Origin: Psychrobacter sp. DM4
GTDB lineage: Bacteria > Pseudomonadota > Gammaproteobacteria > Pseudomonadales > Moraxellaceae
Length of the DNA stretch: 32,000 bases
Direction of reading: 5' to 3'
Assembly: GCF_051307035.1 (NCBI RefSeq)
Contig: NZ_CP195536.1
Coordinates: forward strand, 2,806,592-2,838,591
In this document: one piece after another, positions 9,709 to 18,381 of the stretch
Position numbering within the stretch: position 1 is the first letter of the stretch
Layout: every line of letters starts with the position of its first letter
Position numbers and translations under genes: made by a program
The notes under the pieces: generated by a model
Seen by the model: only the letters and a program-made list of their open reading frames with translations
Databases searched by the model: none
Told to the model about the DNA's origin: nothing

Positions 9709-10167
9709 CTAACGCTTATCAGGAGCGATTTTGCAAACGCCGTTAGTACAGGCTTGAGTCACTGCTTTACCATAAATGAGTGTGATTATCCAGTTTGGAA
9801 TACGGTAGCGGTTGCGCGCGACAGTAGGATAGATGAAGTCGCCAAATGGTTTGATGATAGGTAGATATAATACCGACGCCCATTTAACCCCGCCCATTTT
9901 GTATAGCAGTCTGACGGCATCCATATGTGTGTACCACTCGCCTTGATCGGTCTTAACACATAAATAGGTCATGGCATCGACGCGGCTAAACCCTGCCTCT
10001 TGTAACTCGTCTATGCCGTGCTCTACTGGCATCAGCTTAATAGCCTTTGGTCTACGAGTTTGCATACCGTGCGCCTCAGTACTACAGAGCACGCAACTAT
10101 CATCGTAGTACATGGTAATAGCTGCAACCTCTGAGATTGAGTGGTTCTCTTTGCTTGAAATGATCAT
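9709..10167 (-). CDS. Thiol-disulfide oxidoreductase DCC-family protein (DUF393)
   Basis: 152 aa. It has the characteristic N-terminal YYDDSCVLCSTEA (DxxCxxC) motif. AAGGAG lies upstream of ATG 10167. Confidence 0.75.
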   Translation of the reverse strand: MIISSKENHSISEVAAITMYYDDSCVLCSTEAHGMQTRRPKAIKLMPVEHGIDELQEAGFSRVDAMTYLCVKTDQGEWYTHMDAVRLLYKMGGVKWASVLYLPIIKPFGDFIYPTVARNRYRIPNWIITLIYGKAVTQACTNGVCKIAPDKR

Positions 10168-10264
10168 GTGATAACTCCTTAAGATCTGGTATTAATCGTC
10201 AATATTTCTATAGTATCGCTTACAGCCTAGTATCACTTTGTGTATCTTTATGACTTTTCGTCGT

Positions 10265-11074
10265 TCACATCTTTTCTAGATAGCTAGTCGTTAATATAGG
10301 TATCACAGGCTGCCGCGTCCACTCAGGTGCCTGAGCATCCAAACGTGTGGCAAGCTCTGGCAGATGATTGGTGGGTACGGCTGGGAATAGATGATGTTCG
10401 ATATGGTAGAGCAGATTAAAAGTCAACAGATTAATAAAGGGGCGACGCTCACTGCGAGCGAAAACGCCCTCATCACAGCCATGATGGACGCTCCATACTG
10501 CAAAGAAGCCGACCATAGTATTAGCAAGTATCATGACCAGCACATGATAGATTAAGACAGGATACATAGTGATAAAAGCGGCTGCCGTTACAGTGACTAT
10601 CAACATCATATCGATAGCGACAAGCAAGCGGTTACGATGACTGCCATGAGTCAGGCCAAACCACTGAATCGCTATCGAAAATAACCCACCGCCAAGTATC
10701 GCTTGGTACCAAGGCAACCGTGCCCAGTTGCCCTCGACATCGCTCTCCCCTAGCGGATCGCGATGATGATTGAGGTGAGTGTGGCGAATCGCATGCGTAC
10801 TACAGAGCATTGTGATGCTGAGCACAAATAGCATGAGCTCGGTTGCAACCTTGCCGACACCTAAAGTATGGTGATAACAGTCGTGAGCCTGCCTGAGTGC
10901 GGCGGTAAAAAAGAAAAACGTCCCTACTAGTGCCAGTAGCCAAAACCCTTGCCATGCACTCCACCATGACCATAGTAAAAACGGCAATGACAGTAATACG
11001 TTGTAAATAACTTCGGCAAGACGCAGTTGACGTAAGTCTTGCCACTCGATTTTGTTGAGCGAAGGATGACGCAT
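10265..11074 (-). CDS. Short membrane di-iron fatty-acid-desaturase-family protein
   Basis: The start is taken at ATG 11074 (AAGGAGAACACCATG; 269 aa) rather than the track start at 11188. There are three histidine boxes, HDCYHH, HLNHH and HIEHH, and the protein is hydrophobic throughout. Confidence 0.8.
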   Translation of the reverse strand: MRHPSLNKIEWQDLRQLRLAEVIYNVLLSLPFLLWSWWSAWQGFWLLALVGTFFFFTAALRQAHDCYHHTLGVGKVATELMLFVLSITMLCSTHAIRHTHLNHHRDPLGESDVEGNWARLPWYQAILGGGLFSIAIQWFGLTHGSHRNRLLVAIDMMLIVTVTAAAFITMYPVLIYHVLVMILANTMVGFFAVWSVHHGCDEGVFARSERRPFINLLTFNLLYHIEHHLFPAVPTNHLPELATRLDAQAPEWTRQPVIPILTTSYLEKM

Positions 11075-11126
11075 GGTGTTCTCCTTAATTATCCAACTAT
11101 GCAAATATCCACTTATATAATTTACT

Positions 11127-11150
11127 TTATTTCTGTCAAAACTGAAATAA
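11127..11150 (-). promoter_or_regulatory. Palindromic operator copy 1, overlapping a sigma-70-like promoter of the desaturase operon
   Basis: TTATTTCTGTCAAAACTGAAATAA, with arms matching 9 of 10 positions as an inverted repeat. On the gene strand it embeds TTGACA (11134-11139), followed after 16 nt by TATAAG (11112-11117). It lies 53 nt upstream of ATG 11074. Confidence 0.65.
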
Positions 11151-11165
11151 TAGGCTAAATAATTA

Positions 11166-11194
11166 GGCGGTTTATAGATTGCGTCCAAACCGCC
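11166..11194 (-). terminator. Possible terminator hairpin after the yfcH-like gene
   Basis: GGCGGTTT-N13-AAACCGCC, an 8-bp perfect stem about 80 nt after the stop at 11273. The loop is long and the tail is only AT-rich. Confidence 0.35.
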
Positions 11195-11227
11195 TAGCTA
11201 TATTTAAACGTTGCTACATTGCTTAGA

Positions 11228-11243
11228 AGTTTCACATGAAACA
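11228..11243. other. parS-like site (AGTTTCACATGAAACA), intergenic
   Basis: Exact match to GTTTCAYRTGAAAC, with 2 mismatches to the 16-mer parS consensus TGTTTCACGTGAAACA. Confidence 0.6.
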
Positions 11244-11272
11244 AAACCAATCCCTAAGCTTATAAACATATC

Positions 11273-12235
11273 TTACTGCTGCTCTTCTAAGGCCTGCTTG
11301 AGTATTGGCTGTTTAAACTCATAGCCGGCGTCTTGCAAGGCTTGCGGGAGTACCTTTTGTCCATCAATGAGTAACGTCGACATCTCACCGAACATGAGCT
11401 TCAGTAAAAACTCTGGCAAAGTGAAAAACGTGGGACGATGTAACCAAGCGCCAAAGGTTTTAGTAAAAGTATGATTGCTCACAGGGTTAGGCGCGGTTAG
11501 GTTATAAACGACAGCGGGCGTATCAGAACTGGTTTTTGTCGCGTTATTTTGGGTCACTTGGCTATCAATAGCACTATCAACGTGTTGCTCGATGATAAAT
11601 ATCACAGCCCCAACCCAGTCCTCACGGCTGATCCAGCTCATAACTTGCTGACCATCACCCAGTTGTCCACCAACGCCCATCTTAAATGGCATCATAAGTT
11701 TACCCAGCATACCGCCTTCAGGATGCATCACAACACCTGTGCGCACAATAGCAACGGGCACGCCGTAATCAGTCGCTTTGAGCGCTAGTTGCTCCCAGGT
11801 ATTACAGAGTTTATGCGAAAAATCGGTCTCATAGCCACTGCTCTCGGTTAACGGTTTGTCGCCTTGCGTGCCATACCAGCCAATCGCTGACCCGCTAACC
11901 ATCAATTTGGGCTTAGTGCGACTACCAGCGATGTACTCAAGTAGTGATTCAGTTGGTTTGACGCGGCTGGCAAGTAATTGTTCCTTACGCTCATCACTCC
12001 AGCGCGAGTCAGCAATCCCCGCTCCTGCTAAGTTTAAAACGACATCAAAATCGTTATCGGTCTTGGCAAGCTCATCATAAGTCATCATATTGACACGACT
12101 TGGATGCGCTTGCGTCTTGTCCCGAGTGAGCCATGTGATATGCACCTCTTTGCCGTTGCCTTGATAACGACTGATGATCTCTTGGCTAAAAGCACTACCC
12201 AAAAACCCTGATCCGCCGCTAATTAAAATATTCAT
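11273..12235 (-). CDS. TIGR01777/YfcH-type epimerase-family SDR (NAD-binding N-terminus plus DUF1731 C-terminus)
   Basis: 320 aa. It begins MNILISGGSGFLGS (Rossmann GxxGxxG). The C-terminal FFTLPEFLLKLMFGEMSTLLIDGQKVLPQALQDAGYEF is typical of DUF1731. Confidence 0.8.
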   Translation of the reverse strand: MNILISGGSGFLGSAFSQEIISRYQGNGKEVHITWLTRDKTQAHPSRVNMMTYDELAKTDNDFDVVLNLAGAGIADSRWSDERKEQLLASRVKPTESLLEYIAGSRTKPKLMVSGSAIGWYGTQGDKPLTESSGYETDFSHKLCNTWEQLALKATDYGVPVAIVRTGVVMHPEGGMLGKLMMPFKMGVGGQLGDGQQVMSWISREDWVGAVIFIIEQHVDSAIDSQVTQNNATKTSSDTPAVVYNLTAPNPVSNHTFTKTFGAWLHRPTFFTLPEFLLKLMFGEMSTLLIDGQKVLPQALQDAGYEFKQPILKQALEEQQ

Positions 12236-12266
12236 TATAGTTTCCTTATTGACGATGATTTGTGCA

Positions 12267-12770
12267 TTATCTATCTAATCTTGCTGTATAAAATGTATCA
12301 TTACCGATATCGTGTGCTTTTCTACCGCTGTTGTCAAAATGGCTTTTAGTGAGTTTAGGTAAGGTAAAGTAGCCCGCTACCGTAGAGTTAATACCACCAA
12401 ACAACCCGCCGATCAGCATAAATATGAGTAAGACTAAGATCTCCGATAAAGACCCTATACCTAGATATAACACTATAAAAGCGACATAAAGCGCTGACAC
12501 CAAAAACCCTGTCAAAAAAGTAATCTTTGTAGCATTTTTTGCTCTTTGCTTTAGCTTGATAAAAGCTAATATACAGGCTGTTATAAATGCGGGTAAAAAT
12601 CCAAACAATCCCACGTATATCAGAGGCTGAAATCCTATCTGCGCAAGGCTTGATTCTCTGAAAATAATTAAGATGCTAAGCTCTGCTATCACTCCACCAA
12701 GAGCACTACCAAGTGCTGAAAATAAAAGAACAACTTGTTGATAAGGGTAAGCCCCATTATTGTTTTTCAT
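12267..12770 (-). CDS. Hypothetical integral membrane protein (about 4 TM helices)
   Basis: 167 aa with AGGA upstream of ATG 12770. It has four long hydrophobic segments and no family signature that I recognise. It ends 32 nt upstream of the yfcH-like gene, so the two are probably one operon. Confidence 0.6.
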   Translation of the reverse strand: MKNNNGAYPYQQVVLLFSALGSALGGVIAELSILIIFRESSLAQIGFQPLIYVGLFGFLPAFITACILAFIKLKQRAKNATKITFLTGFLVSALYVAFIVLYLGIGSLSEILVLLIFMLIGGLFGGINSTVAGYFTLPKLTKSHFDNSGRKAHDIGNDTFYTARLDR

Positions 12771-12867
12771 TGTATTTATCCTAAAAGTAACTTGTGAGCT
12801 TAGTATAAATATAGCGTTGGTGATGCCGATGAACTCTGTATGAATAACTGATGGAAAATAATTTTAT

Positions 12868-12892
12868 TTATTTCTGTCCAAACAGAAAATAA
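12868..12892 (-). promoter_or_regulatory. Palindromic operator copy 2 (upstream of the membrane-protein/yfcH-like operon)
   Basis: TTATTTCTGTCCAAACAGAAAATAA. The core TTTCTGT-N4-ACAGAAA is a perfect 7-bp inverted repeat. It lies 98 nt upstream of ATG 12770. Confidence 0.6.
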
Positions 12893-12929
12893 CACTTAAA
12901 TTTTTATTGAGATCAATACGACTTGACTA

Positions 12930-13448
12930 TTAACGCAAAACTTTTTTGATACTAGCGCCCAGCTTTAGTACCTTTTTAAGGATACTCGTTGGTAGTTTGA
13001 GCATCTCTGATGACCACGTGGTTAATGTACTGACGAACTCTTGCGTATCACGAATACGGGCTTTAACTTCGCTATTCTCATGTTCAAACTCAGGACTATC
13101 CATCAGCTCGTGTAAGAATTGGACAGTAGGATCTAGCTCTCGCTTTTGCCGTTCAACAACGATAATACGTGCCAGCTCCCAAACATCGGTATTGGTCGTA
13201 AAATGATCGCGGCGATCACCCAATATCGATACCTTTTGCACCAGTCCCCAATTCTGTAGCTCCTTAATACTATTAGAAACGTTTGAGCGTGCCACGCCTA
13301 ATGTCTCTGTAATCTCTTCGGCATTCAACGGTTTGCCAATCACGTAGAGCAAAGCATGAATCTGTGACATCGTACGATTGACACCCCATTTAGAGCCCAT
13401 TTCGCCCCAATGTAAGATAAATTTTTCGGTGACAGGGTTTAATTTCAT
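12930..13448 (-). CDS. GbsR/MarR-type winged-helix transcriptional regulator (COG1510-like)
   Basis: 172 aa. The wHTH region is SQIHALLYVIGKPLNAEEITETLGVARSNVSNSIKELQNWGLVQKV, followed by a helical C-terminal domain. Its own upstream region carries operator copy 3. Confidence 0.75.
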   Translation of the reverse strand: MKLNPVTEKFILHWGEMGSKWGVNRTMSQIHALLYVIGKPLNAEEITETLGVARSNVSNSIKELQNWGLVQKVSILGDRRDHFTTNTDVWELARIIVVERQKRELDPTVQFLHELMDSPEFEHENSEVKARIRDTQEFVSTLTTWSSEMLKLPTSILKKVLKLGASIKKVLR

Positions 13449-13505
13449 GATGAATACGTACTCTTGACTTTTATGGTTTGTTTAAAGATATACTGCGCTA
13501 TTCTT

Positions 13506-13529
13506 TTATTTCTGTCAATACTGAAATAA
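13506..13529 (-). promoter_or_regulatory. Palindromic operator copy 3 (upstream of the regulator gene; implies autoregulation)
   Basis: TTATTTCTGTCAATACTGAAATAA, differing from copy 1 at one position. It embeds TTGACA on the gene strand (13513-13518) and lies 58 nt upstream of ATG 13448. Confidence 0.65.
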
Positions 13530-13590
13530 TAAATATACGTTTTATTGTTAGTGACTTTTAATGAAGGCTGCTTTTATCAAATGACTATTT

Positions 13591-14217
13591 TTAACGGACG
13601 ATTAGACCAGTAACTGCATCTCGTATTTGGCTTGGCTGCGTATAATTCAAAGTCTCCGCACTTAGATAACGTATTTTGTCATCAAAGTAGGCGCACGCTT
13701 CGGTGAGGGTTGTGGCAGGCGGCTGACCTGAAGGGTTACAACTGGTAGAGACAATAAAACCGTAAGGGTTAGTGGCAGACACTAGCCGCTGGCACAGCTG
13801 ACGAATAAGAGGATGGGCGATGACTCTAACCGCAATGCTCTGATGCTCGCCCGTTATCCAAGAAGGAATAGTGCTGGTAAGCGTTTGAGAGATAGGCAAG
13901 AGCCAAGTATGGGCTTGCTGATGTTGGACATCTATACTATCGCCAATCTGCCAGCTATGGATAATTTGTTGACGCATACCTTTATCTAAAGGGTCTAACA
14001 AGGGCATTAAACGCTCAATGCTGTTGGTTATGACAATCATGCCTTTGCGCTGCGGGCGCTGTTTGATGTCCAAGATACGCCGGACTGCTGTCTTATCATA
14101 GGCGTCACAGCCAATACCCCAAACGCTTTCGGTTGGATAAGCGAGCAGTTGTCCTTGTTTAAGCCATGTAGTAGCTTGATCGACGGATTCGGTAACATTG
14201 GCTTTGTATGATGGCAT
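13591..14217 (-). CDS. tsaC: L-threonylcarbamoyladenylate synthase, type 1 (TsaC/YrdC)
   Basis: 208 aa. It has the YrdC-domain signature LLAYPTESVWGIGCDA and ...STSCNPSGQPPA. Confidence 0.85.
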   Translation of the reverse strand: MPSYKANVTESVDQATTWLKQGQLLAYPTESVWGIGCDAYDKTAVRRILDIKQRPQRKGMIVITNSIERLMPLLDPLDKGMRQQIIHSWQIGDSIDVQHQQAHTWLLPISQTLTSTIPSWITGEHQSIAVRVIAHPLIRQLCQRLVSATNPYGFIVSTSCNPSGQPPATTLTEACAYFDDKIRYLSAETLNYTQPSQIRDAVTGLIVR

Positions 14218-14294
14218 AGAGTGAACGTTAAAAGTAGTGGACTGAGAACATTATAAAAAGGTCAATACCGTGAAAGGCGCGCTAAAAATTATAG

Positions 14295-15503
14295 CTATAT
14301 ACGCAGATAACGACCGCCCTGCTCACTAATGAGACCCAAGAGCTCAAGCTCCATGAGTTGACTAATAAGCTGCGAAGTTGTTAACGAAGTACTGGAAAGT
14401 AAAACATCTAAATCCTGACCATGCCAGTCAAGCTGCTCGTACACAGCAGCCAAATGCTCAGGTGTAACTACGTCAACCTTAGTCGTAGGAGCGGTGTTCG
14501 AAAGTTTTTGATCGTCTGGCAGGTAATCAGTGCTGTTATTGATGCGAGGTTTAGTTTTATTGACACTTGGATGAATTGATGGCGTATAAAGTTGGGCACT
14601 CACATCGTCCAATACTTGCTGCGGATGATATATCAAGGTTGCGCCTTCACGTATTAGATGATGGCAACCTTCAGCGTTGCTGTTGTCAATGTGACTGGGT
14701 ACGGCAAAGACTTGCTTGCCCTGCTCTGAGGTCAGACGTGCGGTAATCAGTGAACCGCTTTTTATCGTCGCTTCGGTCACTATCGTGGCTAGACTCAGAC
14801 CTGCGACCAAGCGATTACGGCGCGGAAAGGTATGCTTGTGCGGCTGGGTATGCGGCAATAGCTCACTGATAAGACAGCCGCCTTGCTCGATGATTTTGCT
14901 AAAGAGTTGATCGTGATGATTGGGATAGCTGATATTGATACCCGTACCCATAACCCCAATGGTGCGGCCCTTATACAGAGTATCCGTTTGCGTCAGTGCG
15001 CCTAAGTGCGCACACTTATCAACACCTATTGCCAGACCGCTAGTCACTACGTAGCCGGCTTGTACGAGATACTGTGCCATATCAAAGGTAATCTTTTGCG
15101 CATGAGTGCTAGGCTTGCGGCTACCAACAATAGCGATTTGAGGCTGCTGTAACAACGTATGATTACCACGATAAAACAACAATGGCGGTGGATCATATAT
15201 TTGCGATAGTGATGTTGGATAATCAGGCTGATTGGCGAACAGGAGACCGTAGCGACCCTCTATCAGGGCTTGCTCAATTTTATCGAGATCAGTCTGTGTC
15301 TGCTCTGGGTTTTCATGGCGTTTGAGATGTGTATGGTGGATACCCAACTCTTGCCAAACGTTTGCTTTGGCTTGCCATGCCAGCTGCGCACTACCCAAAT
15401 GACTAACCAGCTTATGATAAGCCGATAGTGATGCATTGACCTCATACCATAGCGCTAATATAGCGCGCTGATCTACTGATAAAAAAGGTCGTTGCATGGT
15501 CAT
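14295..15503 (-). CDS. dprA: DNA-processing protein DprA (Smf)
   Basis: 402 aa. The core is IAIVGSRKPS...GLAIGVDKCAHLGAL...GTGINISYP...PRRNRLVAGLS, with a C-terminal winged-helix-like tail. Confidence 0.9.
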   Translation of the reverse strand: MTMQRPFLSVDQRAILALWYEVNASLSAYHKLVSHLGSAQLAWQAKANVWQELGIHHTHLKRHENPEQTQTDLDKIEQALIEGRYGLLFANQPDYPTSLSQIYDPPPLLFYRGNHTLLQQPQIAIVGSRKPSTHAQKITFDMAQYLVQAGYVVTSGLAIGVDKCAHLGALTQTDTLYKGRTIGVMGTGINISYPNHHDQLFSKIIEQGGCLISELLPHTQPHKHTFPRRNRLVAGLSLATIVTEATIKSGSLITARLTSEQGKQVFAVPSHIDNSNAEGCHHLIREGATLIYHPQQVLDDVSAQLYTPSIHPSVNKTKPRINNSTDYLPDDQKLSNTAPTTKVDVVTPEHLAAVYEQLDWHGQDLDVLLSSTSLTTSQLISQLMELELLGLISEQGGRYLRI

Positions 15504-15543
15504 GTGTCGTTTGCTCTTTTTAGTTTTTTACCTTCAAAAACTG

Positions 15544-16641
15544 TTATAAATAAGGCGGCGGTAGTAATTTATCACCCACATTGAGTGGCAAGTCAGAGCT
15601 TAAGACATAAGCATAACTGATATCGCTAAAGGTATTGAATACCATTAGCATACCGCTTGGCTCATTTGGTAGACGCACTGGCATATCGTTATCGATAGTG
15701 TCACGTACCAAAGCGCCTTGTTGGTAGATAGTCAAGACATCGCCAGGTTTTGCGCCTTGAGTACTGCCCAGATTGATAGCGACCACGCTACCTTTGGCCG
15801 CTGAGCTGATTGAATCCATGACGCGCACGATCATACCACCGCGATTGACTGTTGCAGGCTGAGGATAGAACACAGGCGGTATTGAGTTACCCAGCTCAAC
15901 GAATACCCGATCGCCTTCACGCACCTCCTTGTCATGAGAGTCTGTCAGTTGCAAGCTGCTCACGCCGTTGGTAGCCACGCTCGTCACCATACCCGTTGCT
16001 ACTTGGGTCACCTCTAACCCTATAATTCTTTGGCTCTTGGGGTCGATATATTTTTCGCCCTCGCGGTAGACGCCATAACGTTGACCGACAATTAAAGGAA
16101 CGCCTTTTGCATAGACCTTGTCACCGCTTGCGGTAATCAAATTACCCGTTTTAGATGCCAAGACATATGGCGTACTCTCAAAGTCTGCTGGATTGACGAT
16201 GATGGTTTTATCAAGCCAGTGCTGAATGGCAGAGCGCGGAATCGCAGGAATACTATTGGCGATCGACGTGATAGCGACCGCAGCGACCGCAACATTGCCT
16301 GTTAATTGCCTCTCAACGCCAGCACAGCCCTCGCCCGTATCAACACCAATGAGCGTTTTACCTTGAATAACGCACAAGATAAGAACATCGTTTGGATAAA
16401 TGAGGTTTGGGTTTTTGATTTGCTTATTGGTCGCCCAAATATCTCTCCAGCGCCAAGGGCTATCTAGATATCGTCCTGATATATCCCATAAGGTATCGCC
16501 TTTTTTGACGATATAGCGATTGGGCGCATCAGCTTTGATCGTAGGTGGTGGATTGTTAGCATAAGCAGTCGTCAGTAGCATAGTGCTACTAAAAGCGGTG
16601 ACAATAAAAGCCTTGGTTATGGCAGTGATGCTTATCTTCAT
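15544..16641 (-). CDS. tsaP: LysM-domain periplasmic protein, TsaP-like (type IV pilus secretin-associated protein family)
   Basis: The start is taken at ATG 16641 ([19 protein letters not shown]...AYA signal peptide); the track start at 16653 is a GTG. The LysM motif is [30 protein letters not shown]. The long beta-rich C-terminus and the position immediately upstream of dprA match the Pseudomonas/Neisseria tsaP locus. Confidence 0.7.
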   Translation of the reverse strand: MKISITAITKAFIVTAFSSTMLLTTAYANNPPPTIKADAPNRYIVKKGDTLWDISGRYLDSPWRWRDIWATNKQIKNPNLIYPNDVLILCVIQGKTLIGVDTGEGCAGVERQLTGNVAVAAVAITSIANSIPAIPRSAIQHWLDKTIIVNPADFESTPYVLASKTGNLITASGDKVYAKGVPLIVGQRYGVYREGEKYIDPKSQRIIGLEVTQVATGMVTSVATNGVSSLQLTDSHDKEVREGDRVFVELGNSIPPVFYPQPATVNRGGMIVRVMDSISSAAKGSVVAINLGSTQGAKPGDVLTIYQQGALVRDTIDNDMPVRLPNEPSGMLMVFNTFSDISYAYVLSSDLPLNVGDKLLPPPYL

Positions 16642-16858
16642 TATTATATCCACAAAATATTGAGTTTATCGTAGGCAGTATAGACTGAGAGGATAGGCTT
16701 GATAGTGATCAAACAATCCTATGTAAAGCGTTCAAACTATAGGCGTACAAATTCTATATTTACAATAGTATGAACCATAGCATAATTTCGGACATATTTT
16801 TACAAAAATATATCTATTTTGAACTTTCATAGAGGCACTAACTGTCGTTACGATCTTT

Positions 16859-16898
16859 GTTTCATGTGGAACATTAAAATTATTGTTCCACATGAAAC
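16859..16898. repeat. Perfect 15-bp inverted repeat; each arm is a one-mismatch parS-like site
   Basis: GTTTCATGTGGAACA (16859-16873), the loop ttaaaattat, then TGTTCCACATGAAAC (16884-16898). It lies 14 nt after the thrC stop. No T-run follows on either strand, so it is not a canonical intrinsic terminator. Confidence 0.8.
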
Positions 16899-16912
16899 CA
16901 TTATTAGAACTA

Positions 16913-18331
16913 TTATACGTTTGCAGTCACGTACTTACGAATTTGCTCAGCGACCAGCGCTGCGTCATTAGCTAATACGATAACGTACTGCGGCAAATCT
17001 TCTAAGCCCTCAGTATGAGCAGGACGAGCAATATCGATCGGTCCAATGGACTCAACGATAGTATCTGAGAATTTGACGGGCAAAGCCGTTTCAGCACAGA
17101 TGATAACCTCGCCATCTTGCTGTAGCTCCTTAGCTACTTTAATACCGTCAGCAGTATGCGGGTCTACCAGTTCACCGGATTGCTCATATAAAGCGCGAAT
17201 AGTTTGCAGGCGATCCTCATGGGTTGATTTGCCAGCTGCAAAACCGTAGCGGGTATTAACTGTATCCATCGCGTCAGAGAGATCAAAGCCTTGTCCCGAC
17301 TTGACGCCTTCGAACAACTCATGAACGCGCGTGCTGTCTTTATCTAATAATAGGTACACGAAGCGCTCAAAATTAGAGGCCTTGGAGATGTCCATCGACG
17401 GGCTTGAAGTGATATAAGTCTGCTCGGTGGGGCGCGGCTGATAACCTCCTTTGTTGAAAAAGTCATTCAGTACATCGTTTTCATTGGTCGCGACGATTAG
17501 ACGTCCAATAGGCAAACCCATCTCGCGAGCAATGTGACCGGCACATATATTACCGAAATTCCCTGACGGTACGCTAAAGCTCACACACTCATCATTACTA
17601 TCGGTCACCGCAAAGTAGGCTTTAAAATAATAAACGATTTGCGCCAGTATACGGCCCCAATTGATAGAATTGACTGTGCCTAGATTATAGGCAGCTTTGA
17701 ACTCTGCATCTTGCTGTAGCGCTTTGACAATATCTTGACAGTCATCAAACATGCCATCAATGGCGATATTGTGGATATTATCATCCGTCAAGCTATACAT
17801 CTGCGCACGCTGAAACTCGCTCATTCGGCCATGCGGCGATAGCATAAAGACCTCAATATTCTCTTTGCCACGTAGTGCGTATTCAGCTGCACTGCCTGTA
17901 TCACCACTGGTCGCACCGATAATCGTAATGCGAGCATCTTTTTTCTTCAGTACATATTCAAAAGCATTACCCAAAAACTGCATCGCAACATCTTTAAAGG
18001 CTAGCGTTGGACCATTTGACAAGCCTAAAATGTATAAATTATCGTCAAGTTTACGAACGGGAACGATTTCTTTATTACCAAATACTTCAGCAGTATAAGT
18101 GCGGTCGATAATATCTTTTAAATCAGCTGCAGAAATGTCAGTTGCAAAGCGCTGCATAATTGCCAATGCCAATTCTGGATAGCTAAGCCCACGCCATTTA
18201 TCGAGAGTATCAGTATCAATCGCTGGATAATGCTCTGGCAGCATCAAGCCGCCATCAGGGGCAAGGCCTAATAAAAGCACATCGCTAAAGTCCATCGGCT
18301 CAGTCTGACCCCGGGTACTGATATATTTCAT
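16913..18331 (-). CDS. thrC: Threonine synthase (long form)
   Basis: 472 aa. It begins MKYISTRGQ, has the PLP-lysine motif GPTLAFKD, and also SGDTGSAA and VPSGNFGN. Confidence 0.95.
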   Translation of the reverse strand: MKYISTRGQTEPMDFSDVLLLGLAPDGGLMLPEHYPAIDTDTLDKWRGLSYPELALAIMQRFATDISAADLKDIIDRTYTAEVFGNKEIVPVRKLDDNLYILGLSNGPTLAFKDVAMQFLGNAFEYVLKKKDARITIIGATSGDTGSAAEYALRGKENIEVFMLSPHGRMSEFQRAQMYSLTDDNIHNIAIDGMFDDCQDIVKALQQDAEFKAAYNLGTVNSINWGRILAQIVYYFKAYFAVTDSNDECVSFSVPSGNFGNICAGHIAREMGLPIGRLIVATNENDVLNDFFNKGGYQPRPTEQTYITSSPSMDISKASNFERFVYLLLDKDSTRVHELFEGVKSGQGFDLSDAMDTVNTRYGFAAGKSTHEDRLQTIRALYEQSGELVDPHTADGIKVAKELQQDGEVIICAETALPVKFSDTIVESIGPIDIARPAHTEGLEDLPQYVIVLANDAALVAEQIRKYVTANV

Positions 18332-18381
18332 TATTTTTCCTACCTAAAATAAGAGTGTCTGATAGTGCGTTGAATCGTTGT

